Source of the DNA: a virus
Lineage: Duplodnaviria; Caudoviricetes
Length of the DNA: 64,000 nt
IMG/VR virus record: IMGVR_UViG_3300009709_000299
Span: 6,716 to 70,715 of that record
Reading direction: 5' to 3' (one strand)
Position numbers and translations under genes: made by a program. The notes under the pieces were generated by a model that was not told the DNA's origin, did no database searches, and saw only the letters and a program-made list of their open reading frames with translations. Positions within the stretch are counted from its first letter, which is position 1. Every line of letters begins with the position of its first letter. Positions 19,890-29,214 of this stretch are shown here, piece by piece.

Positions 19890-20687
19890 ATGAAAAAAAT
19901 TGATATATATTGTAGTTTTAATTTGAATGTTCAATTAGAACATGAAAAACAAATTGAATTATATGTTGATTGTATTCCAAATACAAAAAAAATAAGTGAT
20001 TCCATTAGGATTGTATTATTGATTGAACCAATCGAAATTCTTGATTTGACTAATAATGCTATGATGTATATGAAAAGGGGATATTATGATTTTTTATTAA
20101 CTCATAATGATTTTTTATTAGAAAACTGTCCAAATTCTTTTTTATTTGAATATGGTACTACTTGGATAAATAATTATAAATTTAAAAATAAAAATTTTGG
20201 TGTTTCTGCTTTAGTTGGAGGGAAAACTATGGCTCCTGGTCATTTATTAAGACATCTATTATGGAATAAACAAAATGAAATAAAGATACCAAATATATTT
20301 TATTCTAGTGGAAATTTTGGTGGTATTCCTAATATAAATAATAATCCAGTTTTGGGAAGTAATAAAGAACCATTATTTGATACCCAATATCATATTTGTA
20401 TTGAAAATTCTAAAAGAAAAAATTGGTTTACTGAAAAAATAATAGATTGTTTTCAAACAAAAACAATTCCAATTTATTGGGGTTGTACCAATATTGATAA
20501 TTGGTTTGATATAAATGGAATTATTTCTTTTGATAATTTAGAAGAATTGTTTTATAAAATAAATTTATTAAAAGAAGATGATTATATTTCTATGCAAGAA
20601 GCTATAGAATATAACTTTAATGTATCTCAAAAATTTGTTAATTTTGCAGATAGAATTAAAGAAAAAATTCTAGAAATTGTAAAATGA
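19890..20687 (+). CDS. GT10 (alpha-1,3-fucosyltransferase-like) glycosyltransferase
   Basis: ICIENS...FTEKIIDCF..KTIPIYWG matches the GT10 core motif. Confidence 0.8.
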   Translation: MKKIDIYCSFNLNVQLEHEKQIELYVDCIPNTKKISDSIRIVLLIEPIEILDLTNNAMMYMKRGYYDFLLTHNDFLLENCPNSFLFEYGTTWINNYKFKNKNFGVSALVGGKTMAPGHLLRHLLWNKQNEIKIPNIFYSSGNFGGIPNINNNPVLGSNKEPLFDTQYHICIENSKRKNWFTEKIIDCFQTKTIPIYWGCTNIDNWFDINGIISFDNLEELFYKINLLKEDDYISMQEAIEYNFNVSQKFVNFADRIKEKILEIVK

Positions 20688-22264
20688 CATTTCATAAATC
20701 TATTTCAATTTATGCATCACATGATGCTTCTATTGCTATAAATCCAGCACCAGGAATATATCGAATCTTTGAATTTGAAAGACTTCTTAAAGAACGTTAT
20801 TGCAAAATTAATGATCATCCTAAATTTGAAGAAGCTTGTCAATTCATTTTTAATGAAATAAAGAAAGAATATCATCTTAATGATTTTGATATTTGTTATT
20901 TTGGAAGAATAAATTCTGGTAATTCAATAAATGAAAAAAATATATTAACTAAGGTTTTTGGAATAAAAAAATTTATAGATTGTGGGCATCATATAGCACA
21001 TGCTGCATCAGCTTTATATCAAAGTCCATTTGATGAATCAATAATTTTTTCTATTGATGGTGGTGGTTGGGATGAAACCAATGAAGTAACTATGTTTAAT
21101 ATTTATTTAGCTAATAAAAAAGAAAATACAATTACAAAAATAGCTCAATCTCATTTGGATGTTGGGAATGCATATTCTTTGATTTCAATGCCAATTAAAG
21201 AAATAAGAAATGGTAATTATCTTTCTTATGCTGGTAAAATTATGGGATTAGCTGCTTATGGAAAAGTAAGACAAGAATGGGTGTCTGCAATAAGAGCGTT
21301 TTATTTAAAACAACAATTTTTAGGCATTGAATTTAAACAATTAACTGAGTTAGGTAACAACATAGGTTTAGATTTGTCCACTTATGATACTATAAGTGGA
21401 CAAGATAGTTATGATTTAGCTGCAACTTCACAATATATTTTTGAAGAAATTGTATTATCAATTATAAATCCATATATAAATAAATACAAATTACCAGTTT
21501 GTTTAACTGGAGGTTGTGCATTAAATGTTCTGTTTAATGATAGATTAAAAAAAACTATATCTTATCCTATTTTTGTTCCTCCAAATCCAAATGATTGTGG
21601 AATATCTTTAGGACAATTATTATTTAATGAGCCACCAAATTGTGTAGTTGATGTTACTTATAATGGATTTGATATTTTAGATAAAGAAAATTTGTCACAA
21701 TATGTTATTGATTATAATGCACAAAAAGTAACAATTAATGAAATTGCAAAATTATTAATAAATGGTAAAATAATTGGAGTAATAAGAGGTAAATCAGAAT
21801 GTGGTCCACGAGCCTTGGGAAATCGAAGCATTATTTGTGATCCAAGTTTTCCTGATATGAAAGATATTTTAAATCATAAAGTAAAATTCAGAGAATGGTT
21901 TAGACCATTTGCACCAATTGTAAGAGAAGAAGAGGTTGATAAATATTTTGAATTTAATGGTGATGCAAAATTTATGTCTTATTCGCCAAAAACAAAAATA
22001 GAGTGGTTGGAAAAATTAAAATCAATTGTTCATGAAGATACAACTTCTAGAGTACAAACTGTTACACAAAATCAAAATAAATATATTTATGATCTCATAA
22101 CTGAAGTTGATAAACTTAAAGGAATAGGAATAATTTTAAATACTTCCTTTAATATTAAAGGAAAGCCAATTCTAACCACTATAGAAGATGCTTTAGAAGT
22201 ATTAAATACTACAGAACTTGATTATATTTTAGTTGAAGATTTTTTATTTAAAAAACAACAATAG
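20684..22264 (+). CDS. O-carbamoyltransferase (NodU/CmcH family)
   Basis: HDASIA, HHIAHAASA, GKIMGLAAYG, GGCALNV, GPRALGNRS, REWFRPFAP, LNTSFN. Confidence 0.93.
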   Translation: MTFHKSISIYASHDASIAINPAPGIYRIFEFERLLKERYCKINDHPKFEEACQFIFNEIKKEYHLNDFDICYFGRINSGNSINEKNILTKVFGIKKFIDCGHHIAHAASALYQSPFDESIIFSIDGGGWDETNEVTMFNIYLANKKENTITKIAQSHLDVGNAYSLISMPIKEIRNGNYLSYAGKIMGLAAYGKVRQEWVSAIRAFYLKQQFLGIEFKQLTELGNNIGLDLSTYDTISGQDSYDLAATSQYIFEEIVLSIINPYINKYKLPVCLTGGCALNVLFNDRLKKTISYPIFVPPNPNDCGISLGQLLFNEPPNCVVDVTYNGFDILDKENLSQYVIDYNAQKVTINEIAKLLINGKIIGVIRGKSECGPRALGNRSIICDPSFPDMKDILNHKVKFREWFRPFAPIVREEEVDKYFEFNGDAKFMSYSPKTKIEWLEKLKSIVHEDTTSRVQTVTQNQNKYIYDLITEVDKLKGIGIILNTSFNIKGKPILTTIEDALEVLNTTELDYILVEDFLFKKQQ

Positions 22265-22270
22265 TAATTT

Positions 22271-23125
22271 ATGAGATATATTATTGTTGCAAAAAATGTT
22301 TATCAAGGAGATTCAGTAAACGATGTTCCTAATCCTTTGGAAGTAACAGAAATAGCTACTGAGTTAATTATTACCAGACTTAAATTGATTGATCTATTAC
22401 AAACTGGACAAATTACTAAAGAAGATTGTGTAGTTACTGTTGAAGAAAGAAAATGTTTATATACAAAATTTTTTAATAATGTTATAGATTATCAATATTT
22501 TTTGACTTTAAATGTTCATGAAAATAGTATTATTGATTTGTTAGAAATAGGCGTTTTTCATAGAATGGCAGGTGGAAATGTTTGGGAAAGAGAAATACCA
22601 TATAAACCATTTTATCAGAATTGGGAACGAGATAAAAATTTAATAACTAATGTTGATTGGAGTAATGTATCTGATTATGATTTATCTAAACCTTTTGTGG
22701 CATTAGTTATTAGAAAAAGAGGAGCCTGGACAGAAAAAAATATGTCTCATGAATTTTGGGTTGATTTATTGTCAAAATTATATGATAACAACATTTCAGT
22801 GTTTGTTTTTGGAAAAGAAACAAATATATTTTCTAATGATAAAGTTCAATATATAAAAAATTATCAAGATTGGTGTACTATAGTTAAACACAAAAATTGT
22901 AAACATGTATGTTCCACTATGACAGGTGGGGTATATCCTTGTTTAATTTTTGGTAATAGCAATACTGAAATGACTATTATAGATAATACATTTTTAATGT
23001 CAAAACATGGAGGAGATCCATCTTTTTATGATAATTGTATTAACTTTTCAAAAATTAAAATAGAATTTATAAATTATATTCCTACAACAGAAGAATTATA
23101 TGGAAAAATTACAACAGGTCTATGA
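22271..23125 (+). CDS. Hypothetical protein, possibly a GT-B (GT9-like) transferase
   Basis: 284 aa within the glycan operon; VALVIRKRGAW...FWVDLL...VFVFGKE loosely resembles a GT9 C-terminal domain. Confidence 0.4.
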   Translation: MRYIIVAKNVYQGDSVNDVPNPLEVTEIATELIITRLKLIDLLQTGQITKEDCVVTVEERKCLYTKFFNNVIDYQYFLTLNVHENSIIDLLEIGVFHRMAGGNVWEREIPYKPFYQNWERDKNLITNVDWSNVSDYDLSKPFVALVIRKRGAWTEKNMSHEFWVDLLSKLYDNNISVFVFGKETNIFSNDKVQYIKNYQDWCTIVKHKNCKHVCSTMTGGVYPCLIFGNSNTEMTIIDNTFLMSKHGGDPSFYDNCINFSKIKIEFINYIPTTEELYGKITTGL

Positions 23126-24371
23126 TTATATTGTAATAGGTGGTGGCTTTACAGGTGTTGCAGCTTTAAGAAGATTACAACAACTTGGTATTAATAACAC
23201 AATATTATTGGAAAGCGAACATGAATCTGGTGGTTTATGTAGGACTAAAATTGTAGATGGTCATTATCTTGATATAGGTGGTGGTCATGTATTACATTCT
23301 AAATATCAAGATGTATTAGATTGGATATTTGATCACATTCCACAAAGTGATTTTAATAAATATGATACAAAGGTTTTAATTGATTTAGAAGGTAATCCTG
23401 TAGAATTTCCTATAGAATTAAATTTATGGCAATTACCAACAGATCTTCAAATAGAATATTTATATAGTTATTTGACTGCAGCTTGTAAAGATGTAAAATA
23501 TGAAAATTTTGAATCTTGGATAAGAAATTATCTTGGCGATAAAATTGCAGACAATTATATGATTCCATATAATAAGAAATTATGGTGTGTTGATATTGCA
23601 AAATTAAATACAGATTGGTTAATTAAAATTCCTGAAACTGATATTAAATTAGTTCTTAGAACAATTGTTGAAAAAAAATCTAATTTTACAGAAAGAATAG
23701 TTAGTCATAAATCATTTTATTACCCTAAATATGGAGGTTTTCAAGCTGTTTTTGATGCTATTAAAAAAACTGTAAATGATAAAATTGAATTAAATGTTGA
23801 TGTTAAAACGTTAAGATATGATAAAGAAAATCAACTATGGTATATCAATGAAAAATATATTACTAAAAAAATAATTAACACAGCTCCATGGACTAAATTT
23901 GATATCCAAATTGAAGGATTTGATTATAAAAAAGAATTTGAAAATTTAGAGTATTTAAGTGATGTTATTTCTTTATGGGAACGGGAGCCATATACTCATA
24001 ATGCACATTGGATGTATATTCCAAATCCAGATGTAGATCAACATCGTGAATTTTATATTTGTAACTTTGCGCCATATAGTAAACCTGGTGGAGTTATGAC
24101 TGATATAAATAGAAAAAGATGGATTGATAATAATAAAATATGGAAGGCTGGCATTCCATTATATGAACATGAAAATATTTATTCTTATCCTTTACCTACA
24201 AAAATTTATAAAGAATCCATGAAAAAAATATTAAATTTTTCTAAAAATTACAATTTATTTGGCTTAGGACGTTGGGGTCAATGGCAATATTTTAATACAG
24301 ATCAATGTGTTAAACAGGTTCTTGACTTTTTTGATAATGAAAAAGAATTTGATTATTTTAAAATATTTTAA
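23100..24371 (+). CDS. FAD-dependent oxidoreductase, UDP-galactopyranose mutase-like
   Basis: VIGGGFTG dinucleotide fold, ESGGLCRT, DIGGGHV, YYPKYGG, GLGRWGQWQY. Confidence 0.7.
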   Translation: MEKLQQVYDYIVIGGGFTGVAALRRLQQLGINNTILLESEHESGGLCRTKIVDGHYLDIGGGHVLHSKYQDVLDWIFDHIPQSDFNKYDTKVLIDLEGNPVEFPIELNLWQLPTDLQIEYLYSYLTAACKDVKYENFESWIRNYLGDKIADNYMIPYNKKLWCVDIAKLNTDWLIKIPETDIKLVLRTIVEKKSNFTERIVSHKSFYYPKYGGFQAVFDAIKKTVNDKIELNVDVKTLRYDKENQLWYINEKYITKKIINTAPWTKFDIQIEGFDYKKEFENLEYLSDVISLWEREPYTHNAHWMYIPNPDVDQHREFYICNFAPYSKPGGVMTDINRKRWIDNNKIWKAGIPLYEHENIYSYPLPTKIYKESMKKILNFSKNYNLFGLGRWGQWQYFNTDQCVKQVLDFFDNEKEFDYFKIF

Positions 24372-24374
24372 ATT

Positions 24375-25154
24375 ATGGTAACAATTAAAGAATTTTATTC
24401 CCGATTAGGGAATCAAATGTTTCAAATAGCTGCTGCTTATGGTATAGCTGATAAATTAAAGGATCAAGCCTTTATTCCAGAAGGATGGGCTTATCAAAAT
24501 ATGTTTTCTGGTCCATTTTTAACATCTAGACCAGTTTCACATAAGTTTTTATTTTCAGAACCTGGATTTACTTATCATGAAGTACCAATAGAACTAAATT
24601 TTGATCCACAAAAACATGTTTATGCTATAAATGGTTATTTTCAAAGTGAAAAAAATTTCATAAATGTAGAACAAAAAATTAGACAAATATTTGCTCCTAA
24701 TACAGATGTTTTAAACTATATTAATGAAAAATATAATACTATTATAAATAATGAAAAAACTTGCTCTCTTCATATAAGAAGAGGTGATTATTTAAATTTA
24801 GCTCAATATCATACTAATCTTGATTTAAATTATTACATAAAAGCTATTAAATCTTTTTCAAAAGATACTATGTTTGTCATATTTTCTGATGATATAGAAT
24901 GGTGTAAACAACAATTTCCTCCTAGTGAAAAATTTATTCATATTGAAAATGAAGCTGATTATATTGATCTTCATTTAATGAGTTTTTGTAAAAATAATAT
25001 AATTGCCAATAGCTCATTTTCTTGGTGGGGTGCATGGTTAAATAATAATCCAAATAAAAGAATAATTGCACCATCAGCTGACAAATGGTTTGGTCCAGCT
25101 AATTCTCATTTGAATGTAAAAGATATTTATTTTAATGGAATAGAACAGTTATGA
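24375..25154 (+). CDS. GT11 alpha-1,2-fucosyl/colitosyltransferase
   Basis: RLGNQMFQ, LHIRRGDY, FSDDIEW, IIANSSFSWWGAWL are GT11 motifs. Confidence 0.92.
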   Translation: MVTIKEFYSRLGNQMFQIAAAYGIADKLKDQAFIPEGWAYQNMFSGPFLTSRPVSHKFLFSEPGFTYHEVPIELNFDPQKHVYAINGYFQSEKNFINVEQKIRQIFAPNTDVLNYINEKYNTIINNEKTCSLHIRRGDYLNLAQYHTNLDLNYYIKAIKSFSKDTMFVIFSDDIEWCKQQFPPSEKFIHIENEADYIDLHLMSFCKNNIIANSSFSWWGAWLNNNPNKRIIAPSADKWFGPANSHLNVKDIYFNGIEQL

Positions 25155-25369
25155 AAATTAAATTAAGATATAATACTAATAATAAGGATGATAAAAATCC
25201 ATGGAGATTATTAATTGATGATGTTGAACATTTAGTTCCTGCAGTTAAATTTATAGGTATAGATATTATAACAACAAAAGACAGAATAGAGGCTATTGGA
25301 GATAAATGGCATATTTCCTGTGAAGCTAATAAAATATTAATAAAAGACGATATTTGGGAGATTAGTTAA
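25151..25369 (+). CDS. Hypothetical protein
   Basis: 72 aa; ATGA-type overlap with the GT11 gene. Confidence 0.6.
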   Translation: MKIKLRYNTNNKDDKNPWRLLIDDVEHLVPAVKFIGIDIITTKDRIEAIGDKWHISCEANKILIKDDIWEIS

Positions 25370-25376
25370 AAAAATC

Positions 25377-25610
25377 ATGGCAACACAATTTATAAAAACA
25401 GGTATTTTTGAACTTTCTGATAAAGAAATTGAAAAATGGCACAATTTCCAAAAAAAGATGAATAAAAAATATTCAGATAAACAACGTGATTGTGGAGCTA
25501 TTGGTGGTTTTTTTGAAATTTCTTTTATCCCAACTGGACTTGGAAATATTGTAATTGCAAAAACAGCTTTGGGTGATGAAAATGATATTACTGATTATGA
25601 TTTATTTTAA
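25377..25610 (+). CDS. Hypothetical protein
   Basis: 77-aa ORF in an operon-like arrangement. Confidence 0.6.
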   Translation: MATQFIKTGIFELSDKEIEKWHNFQKKMNKKYSDKQRDCGAIGGFFEISFIPTGLGNIVIAKTALGDENDITDYDLF

Positions 25611-25613
25611 AAT

Positions 25614-25790
25614 ATGAAAAAAATTATTTGTTTTATTATTGGTCATAAATTAGATAATATAGGTCATGATGATTACAAATTTTGTAATCTTTGTTTATGT
25701 GATAAATATTATGATAATAATAATAATAATAATAATAATTGGAATAAAAATTTATCAAATTATTATTCAAATAAAATATTTTATATATAA
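25614..25790 (+). CDS. Small Cys/His protein with a poly-Asn tract (not in the ORF track)
   Basis: Hand translation MKKIICFIIGHKLDNIGHDDYKFCNLCLCDKYYDNNNNNNNNWNKNLSNYYSNKIFYI; C-x(3)-GH...CxxC pattern; starts 3 nt after the upstream stop. Confidence 0.5.
   Translation: MKKIICFIIGHKLDNIGHDDYKFCNLCLCDKYYDNNNNNNNNWNKNLSNYYSNKIFYI
25716..25739 (+). repeat. (AAT)8 trinucleotide microsatellite
   Basis: Direct count: 8 tandem AAT. Confidence 0.9.
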
Positions 25791-25876
25791 AAATATTAAA
25801 AAAAACAATAAATTAGTATTTTAAAAATAGTTTAATTTTTTTTAAATTTTTATTATATTTTTTTTAAATTTTAATT

Positions 25877-26719
25877 TTGGAAAAACCTTTAATTAGAATA
25901 GTTGATACACAATTTTCTCATGGAACAAGTTTAGGTTCTGGTGATTTAAAATTATATTCTGATCATTTTGATTGGTATAGAGGAACAGAAAATATAAATG
26001 ATCTTGTTGTTATAACAGAAGATTCTTTTCATTTAATTGATCATTTTACTGAAAAAATTAAAATAGGTTTAATTATAGAGTCGCCTATGAGTAATAAAAA
26101 ATCATATGATTTTATTACACAACCAATTAATTACAATAAATTTGATTATATATTAACATTTAATAAAGAACTTATTAATATTAATCCAAATAAATTTATC
26201 TATTATATTTTTGGTGGTTGTTGGATTTATCCTGATCAAAGAAAAATATATGAAAAAAATAAAAATATATCTATTATAGCTTCTTCTAAAAGAACTACTG
26301 TAGGTCATTTATTACGTCATTCTATTATTTCTAGATTTAATAATAGTATTGATGGTATATATGGAAAAGGATATAAATTTGTAGAAAATAAATTAGAAGC
26401 ATTACAAGATTTTAGATATTCTATTATTATAGAAAATGATAATTGTGATGCTATGTTTAGTGAAAAGTTAATTGATTGTTTTATGACAGGTACTATTCCT
26501 GTTTATTGGGGCTGCAATTCAATAGGAGATTTTTTTAATAAAAATGGAATGTTCTGTTTTGAAAAAATTGATGAATTAGATAATATTTTAACCCAATGTA
26601 CTTATGAACATTATAATCAATCTTTAGAATTTATAAAAGAAAATTTTGAAAAAGCTAAAAAATATACACTCCCTGAAAATTGTATGTGGGATACTTTTTT
26701 TAAAAATATAATTAAATAG
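25877..26719 (+). CDS. Second GT10-like glycosyltransferase
   Basis: YSIIIEND...FSEKLIDCFMTGTIPVYWG; paralogue of 19890-20687; TTG start. Confidence 0.8.
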   Translation: MEKPLIRIVDTQFSHGTSLGSGDLKLYSDHFDWYRGTENINDLVVITEDSFHLIDHFTEKIKIGLIIESPMSNKKSYDFITQPINYNKFDYILTFNKELININPNKFIYYIFGGCWIYPDQRKIYEKNKNISIIASSKRTTVGHLLRHSIISRFNNSIDGIYGKGYKFVENKLEALQDFRYSIIIENDNCDAMFSEKLIDCFMTGTIPVYWGCNSIGDFFNKNGMFCFEKIDELDNILTQCTYEHYNQSLEFIKENFEKAKKYTLPENCMWDTFFKNIIK

Positions 26720-26725
26720 AAATTT

Positions 26726-27616
26726 ATGTCAAAATCAACAATATTATTTGGTGGTAGTGGATTTTTAGGAAATGTTTTTCTTAGAGAAAATCCAGATATT
26801 ATTTCTGTTGGTAGAACACATCCAGGTTTCGATATAATAAATAAACATATACATTTAGATAGTATGGATAATTTATCCATTCTAGATGATTTAGAATTTG
26901 ATAATGTTATTTTTTTAATTGGTAATTCTAATCATCATTTATTAAATAATAGCTGTATGGATGGTATAGAATATAATGTGATACCTTTAAAAAAAGCTTT
27001 GAATTATTTTCAAAATAGAAAATTAAAAAAATTTGTTTGTTTTACTAGTATATTATTATATGGAAATGAATCAAAAGATCGACCTGTTCATGAACAAGAT
27101 GATATATATCCTTATCAAAATGAATATTTATTTAGTAAGCATTTAGCAGAGCAAGTAGTAGAATTTTATAAAGAAAAAGTTCCAATTATAAATATAAGAC
27201 TTTCAAATATTTATGGCGATACTTCTCTTATACGACCAGATTTAGTTCCAACTTTGATTTATGATGTATTAACAAAGAAAAATCCAACAGTTTGGAATAC
27301 TACACCTAAACGTGATTTTGTATTTACTACTGACGCTGCTACTGCTATATTACAAGTAATAAACACAGAGTTTACTGGTCATTTAAATTTAGGAAGTGGT
27401 ATTATGTCTTCTGTAGAAGATATAGTAAATATAGTAGAAGAAATATCAGGAAAAAAAATAAAATCTTTAAATAAAGAAGTTACAGGAGTAATGAAATTTG
27501 TAGCAGATGTTTCTTTATTAAAAAAATTAACTGGTTGGGAACCCAAATATTCTTTAAGAGAAGGTATAGAAAAGACTTATAATGTAATGAAAAATAATTT
27601 AGTTTATGGAAAATAA
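26726..27616 (+). CDS. NAD-dependent nucleotide-sugar epimerase/dehydratase (extended SDR)
   Basis: GGSGFLG, TSILLYG, YLFSK (YxxxK), IRLSNIYG, RDFVF. Confidence 0.88.
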   Translation: MSKSTILFGGSGFLGNVFLRENPDIISVGRTHPGFDIINKHIHLDSMDNLSILDDLEFDNVIFLIGNSNHHLLNNSCMDGIEYNVIPLKKALNYFQNRKLKKFVCFTSILLYGNESKDRPVHEQDDIYPYQNEYLFSKHLAEQVVEFYKEKVPIINIRLSNIYGDTSLIRPDLVPTLIYDVLTKKNPTVWNTTPKRDFVFTTDAATAILQVINTEFTGHLNLGSGIMSSVEDIVNIVEEISGKKIKSLNKEVTGVMKFVADVSLLKKLTGWEPKYSLREGIEKTYNVMKNNLVYGK

Positions 27617-28529
27617 AAAAAAGATAGTGTTAGTAACAGGTGGAAATGGCTTGGTTGGTAAGTATTTACAAGATATTATGCCTGATGCAATATACCTTTC
27701 ATCTAAAGATGGTGATTTAAGAGATTATATTCAAACAGAAGCAATTTTTGAAAAATATAAACCAGATGTTTTAATACATTTAGCTGCTAAAGTAGGAGGA
27801 ATTATAGAAAATTTAAAATTACCTTCTGATTATTTAGAATTTAATATTGCAATGAATTCAAATGTTTTAAAATGCGCCTTGAAATATAAAGTAAATCATG
27901 TTATTGCGATGTTAAGCACTTGTATATTTCCAGATCGTTTAAGTGATGATAAATATCCGTTAACTCTTAAAAATCTTCATGATTCTGCACCTACTGAAGC
28001 TAATTTTTCTTATGGTTATGCAAAACGATGTTTATCAGTTCAAATAAGTTGTTATAACAAACAATATGGTACTCGTTGGAATTGTATTACACCACCAAAT
28101 TTATATGGTATATATGATCAATTTGAAAATCATGATAAGGCTCACTTTGTTACAGCATTATTAAAAAAAATAAAAGTAGCTAAAGATAATAATGATGATT
28201 TTATTACTCTATTTGGAACAGGTACTCCACTTAGACAATTTTTATATGCTAAGGATTTAGCTAAGGCAATAAAAATATCAGTAGATCAAGATATTAGAGA
28301 AGATTTTGTAGTTGCTCCACCAGAAAACATTTCTATTAAAAAAATAGCAGAAATAGCTCTTAAAGCATGTGATGCAGAACATTTAAAAATAAAATTTGAT
28401 ATTACAAAACCAGATGGACAATTTAGAAAAGATGTCAAAAATTCAGATGATTTATTACCCAATTTTCAATTTACAAAATTAGAAGAAGGCTTAAAAGAAA
28501 CTTTTGGATATATAGATTCAATAAAATAA
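27606..28529 (+). CDS. GDP-4-keto-deoxysugar epimerase/reductase (Fcl/WcaG family; probable ColC GDP-L-colitose synthase)
   Basis: VTGGNGLVG, LAAKVGGI, LSTCIFP, YGYAKR, PNLYG, GTGTPLRQF, KPDGQFRK. Fucose versus colitose specificity inferred only from the neighbouring ColD-like gene. Confidence 0.88.
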   Translation: MENKKKIVLVTGGNGLVGKYLQDIMPDAIYLSSKDGDLRDYIQTEAIFEKYKPDVLIHLAAKVGGIIENLKLPSDYLEFNIAMNSNVLKCALKYKVNHVIAMLSTCIFPDRLSDDKYPLTLKNLHDSAPTEANFSYGYAKRCLSVQISCYNKQYGTRWNCITPPNLYGIYDQFENHDKAHFVTALLKKIKVAKDNNDDFITLFGTGTPLRQFLYAKDLAKAIKISVDQDIREDFVVAPPENISIKKIAEIALKACDAEHLKIKFDITKPDGQFRKDVKNSDDLLPNFQFTKLEEGLKETFGYIDSIK

Positions 28530-28532
28530 TGT

Positions 28533-29165
28533 ATGATTAATTCTTTTTTTGATAAAATTTATTGTATAAATCTTGAAAAGCGTAAAGACCGTTTAGAAAA
28601 ATGTAATCAAGAATTTATAAAACATAGATTAAATGTAGATATATTTAAAGCTATTGATGGTAATAGTTATGATACATCTAATATGTTTGTTAATCCAACA
28701 ATTGAAAAAGGTAATGTAGGCTGTGTACTTTCTCATTTAAAAATCATACAAGATGCTCAACATAAAAATTATGATAAAATACTTATTCTTGAAGATGATA
28801 TTATTTTTGATAATGAATTAAATAAAAAATTTGAACAATATATAAAAGAATTACCCCATGATTGGGATATGTTATATTTTGGAGGAAACCATAATTTTCA
28901 TACAGGTCATAAATTAGATATGATATCTGAACATATTGGAAAATGTAAATTAACATATACTACACATTCTTATGCTATACGAAATACTTTTTTTCAAAAA
29001 GTAATCAATAAATTTCAAAATATAACACACCCAGTAGATGTATTATATACACAGCTTCAATCTGAAAATAATATTTATACTTTTTATCCTGGTATTAGTT
29101 CACAACGATCAGGTTATTCAGATATTTTAAATCAAGATATTGATTATTCTGAATATATAAAATAG
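28533..29165 (+). CDS. Glycosyltransferase family 25
   Basis: IYCINLEKRKDR, FKAIDG, GCVLSH, ILEDDI. Confidence 0.9.
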   Translation: MINSFFDKIYCINLEKRKDRLEKCNQEFIKHRLNVDIFKAIDGNSYDTSNMFVNPTIEKGNVGCVLSHLKIIQDAQHKNYDKILILEDDIIFDNELNKKFEQYIKELPHDWDMLYFGGNHNFHTGHKLDMISEHIGKCKLTYTTHSYAIRNTFFQKVINKFQNITHPVDVLYTQLQSENNIYTFYPGISSQRSGYSDILNQDIDYSEYIK

Positions 29166-29214
29166 CTTGATTTTTTTTATATGGTTAATTATATTTTTTT
29201 TAAAATATAACTAT

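Noticed and set aside
29167-29214. Hydrophobic N-terminus (MIFFIWLIIFFLK) suggesting a membrane-anchored ColD
   Set aside because: Arises from a T-rich intergenic leader with a TTG start; ATG 29215 gives a normal family length.
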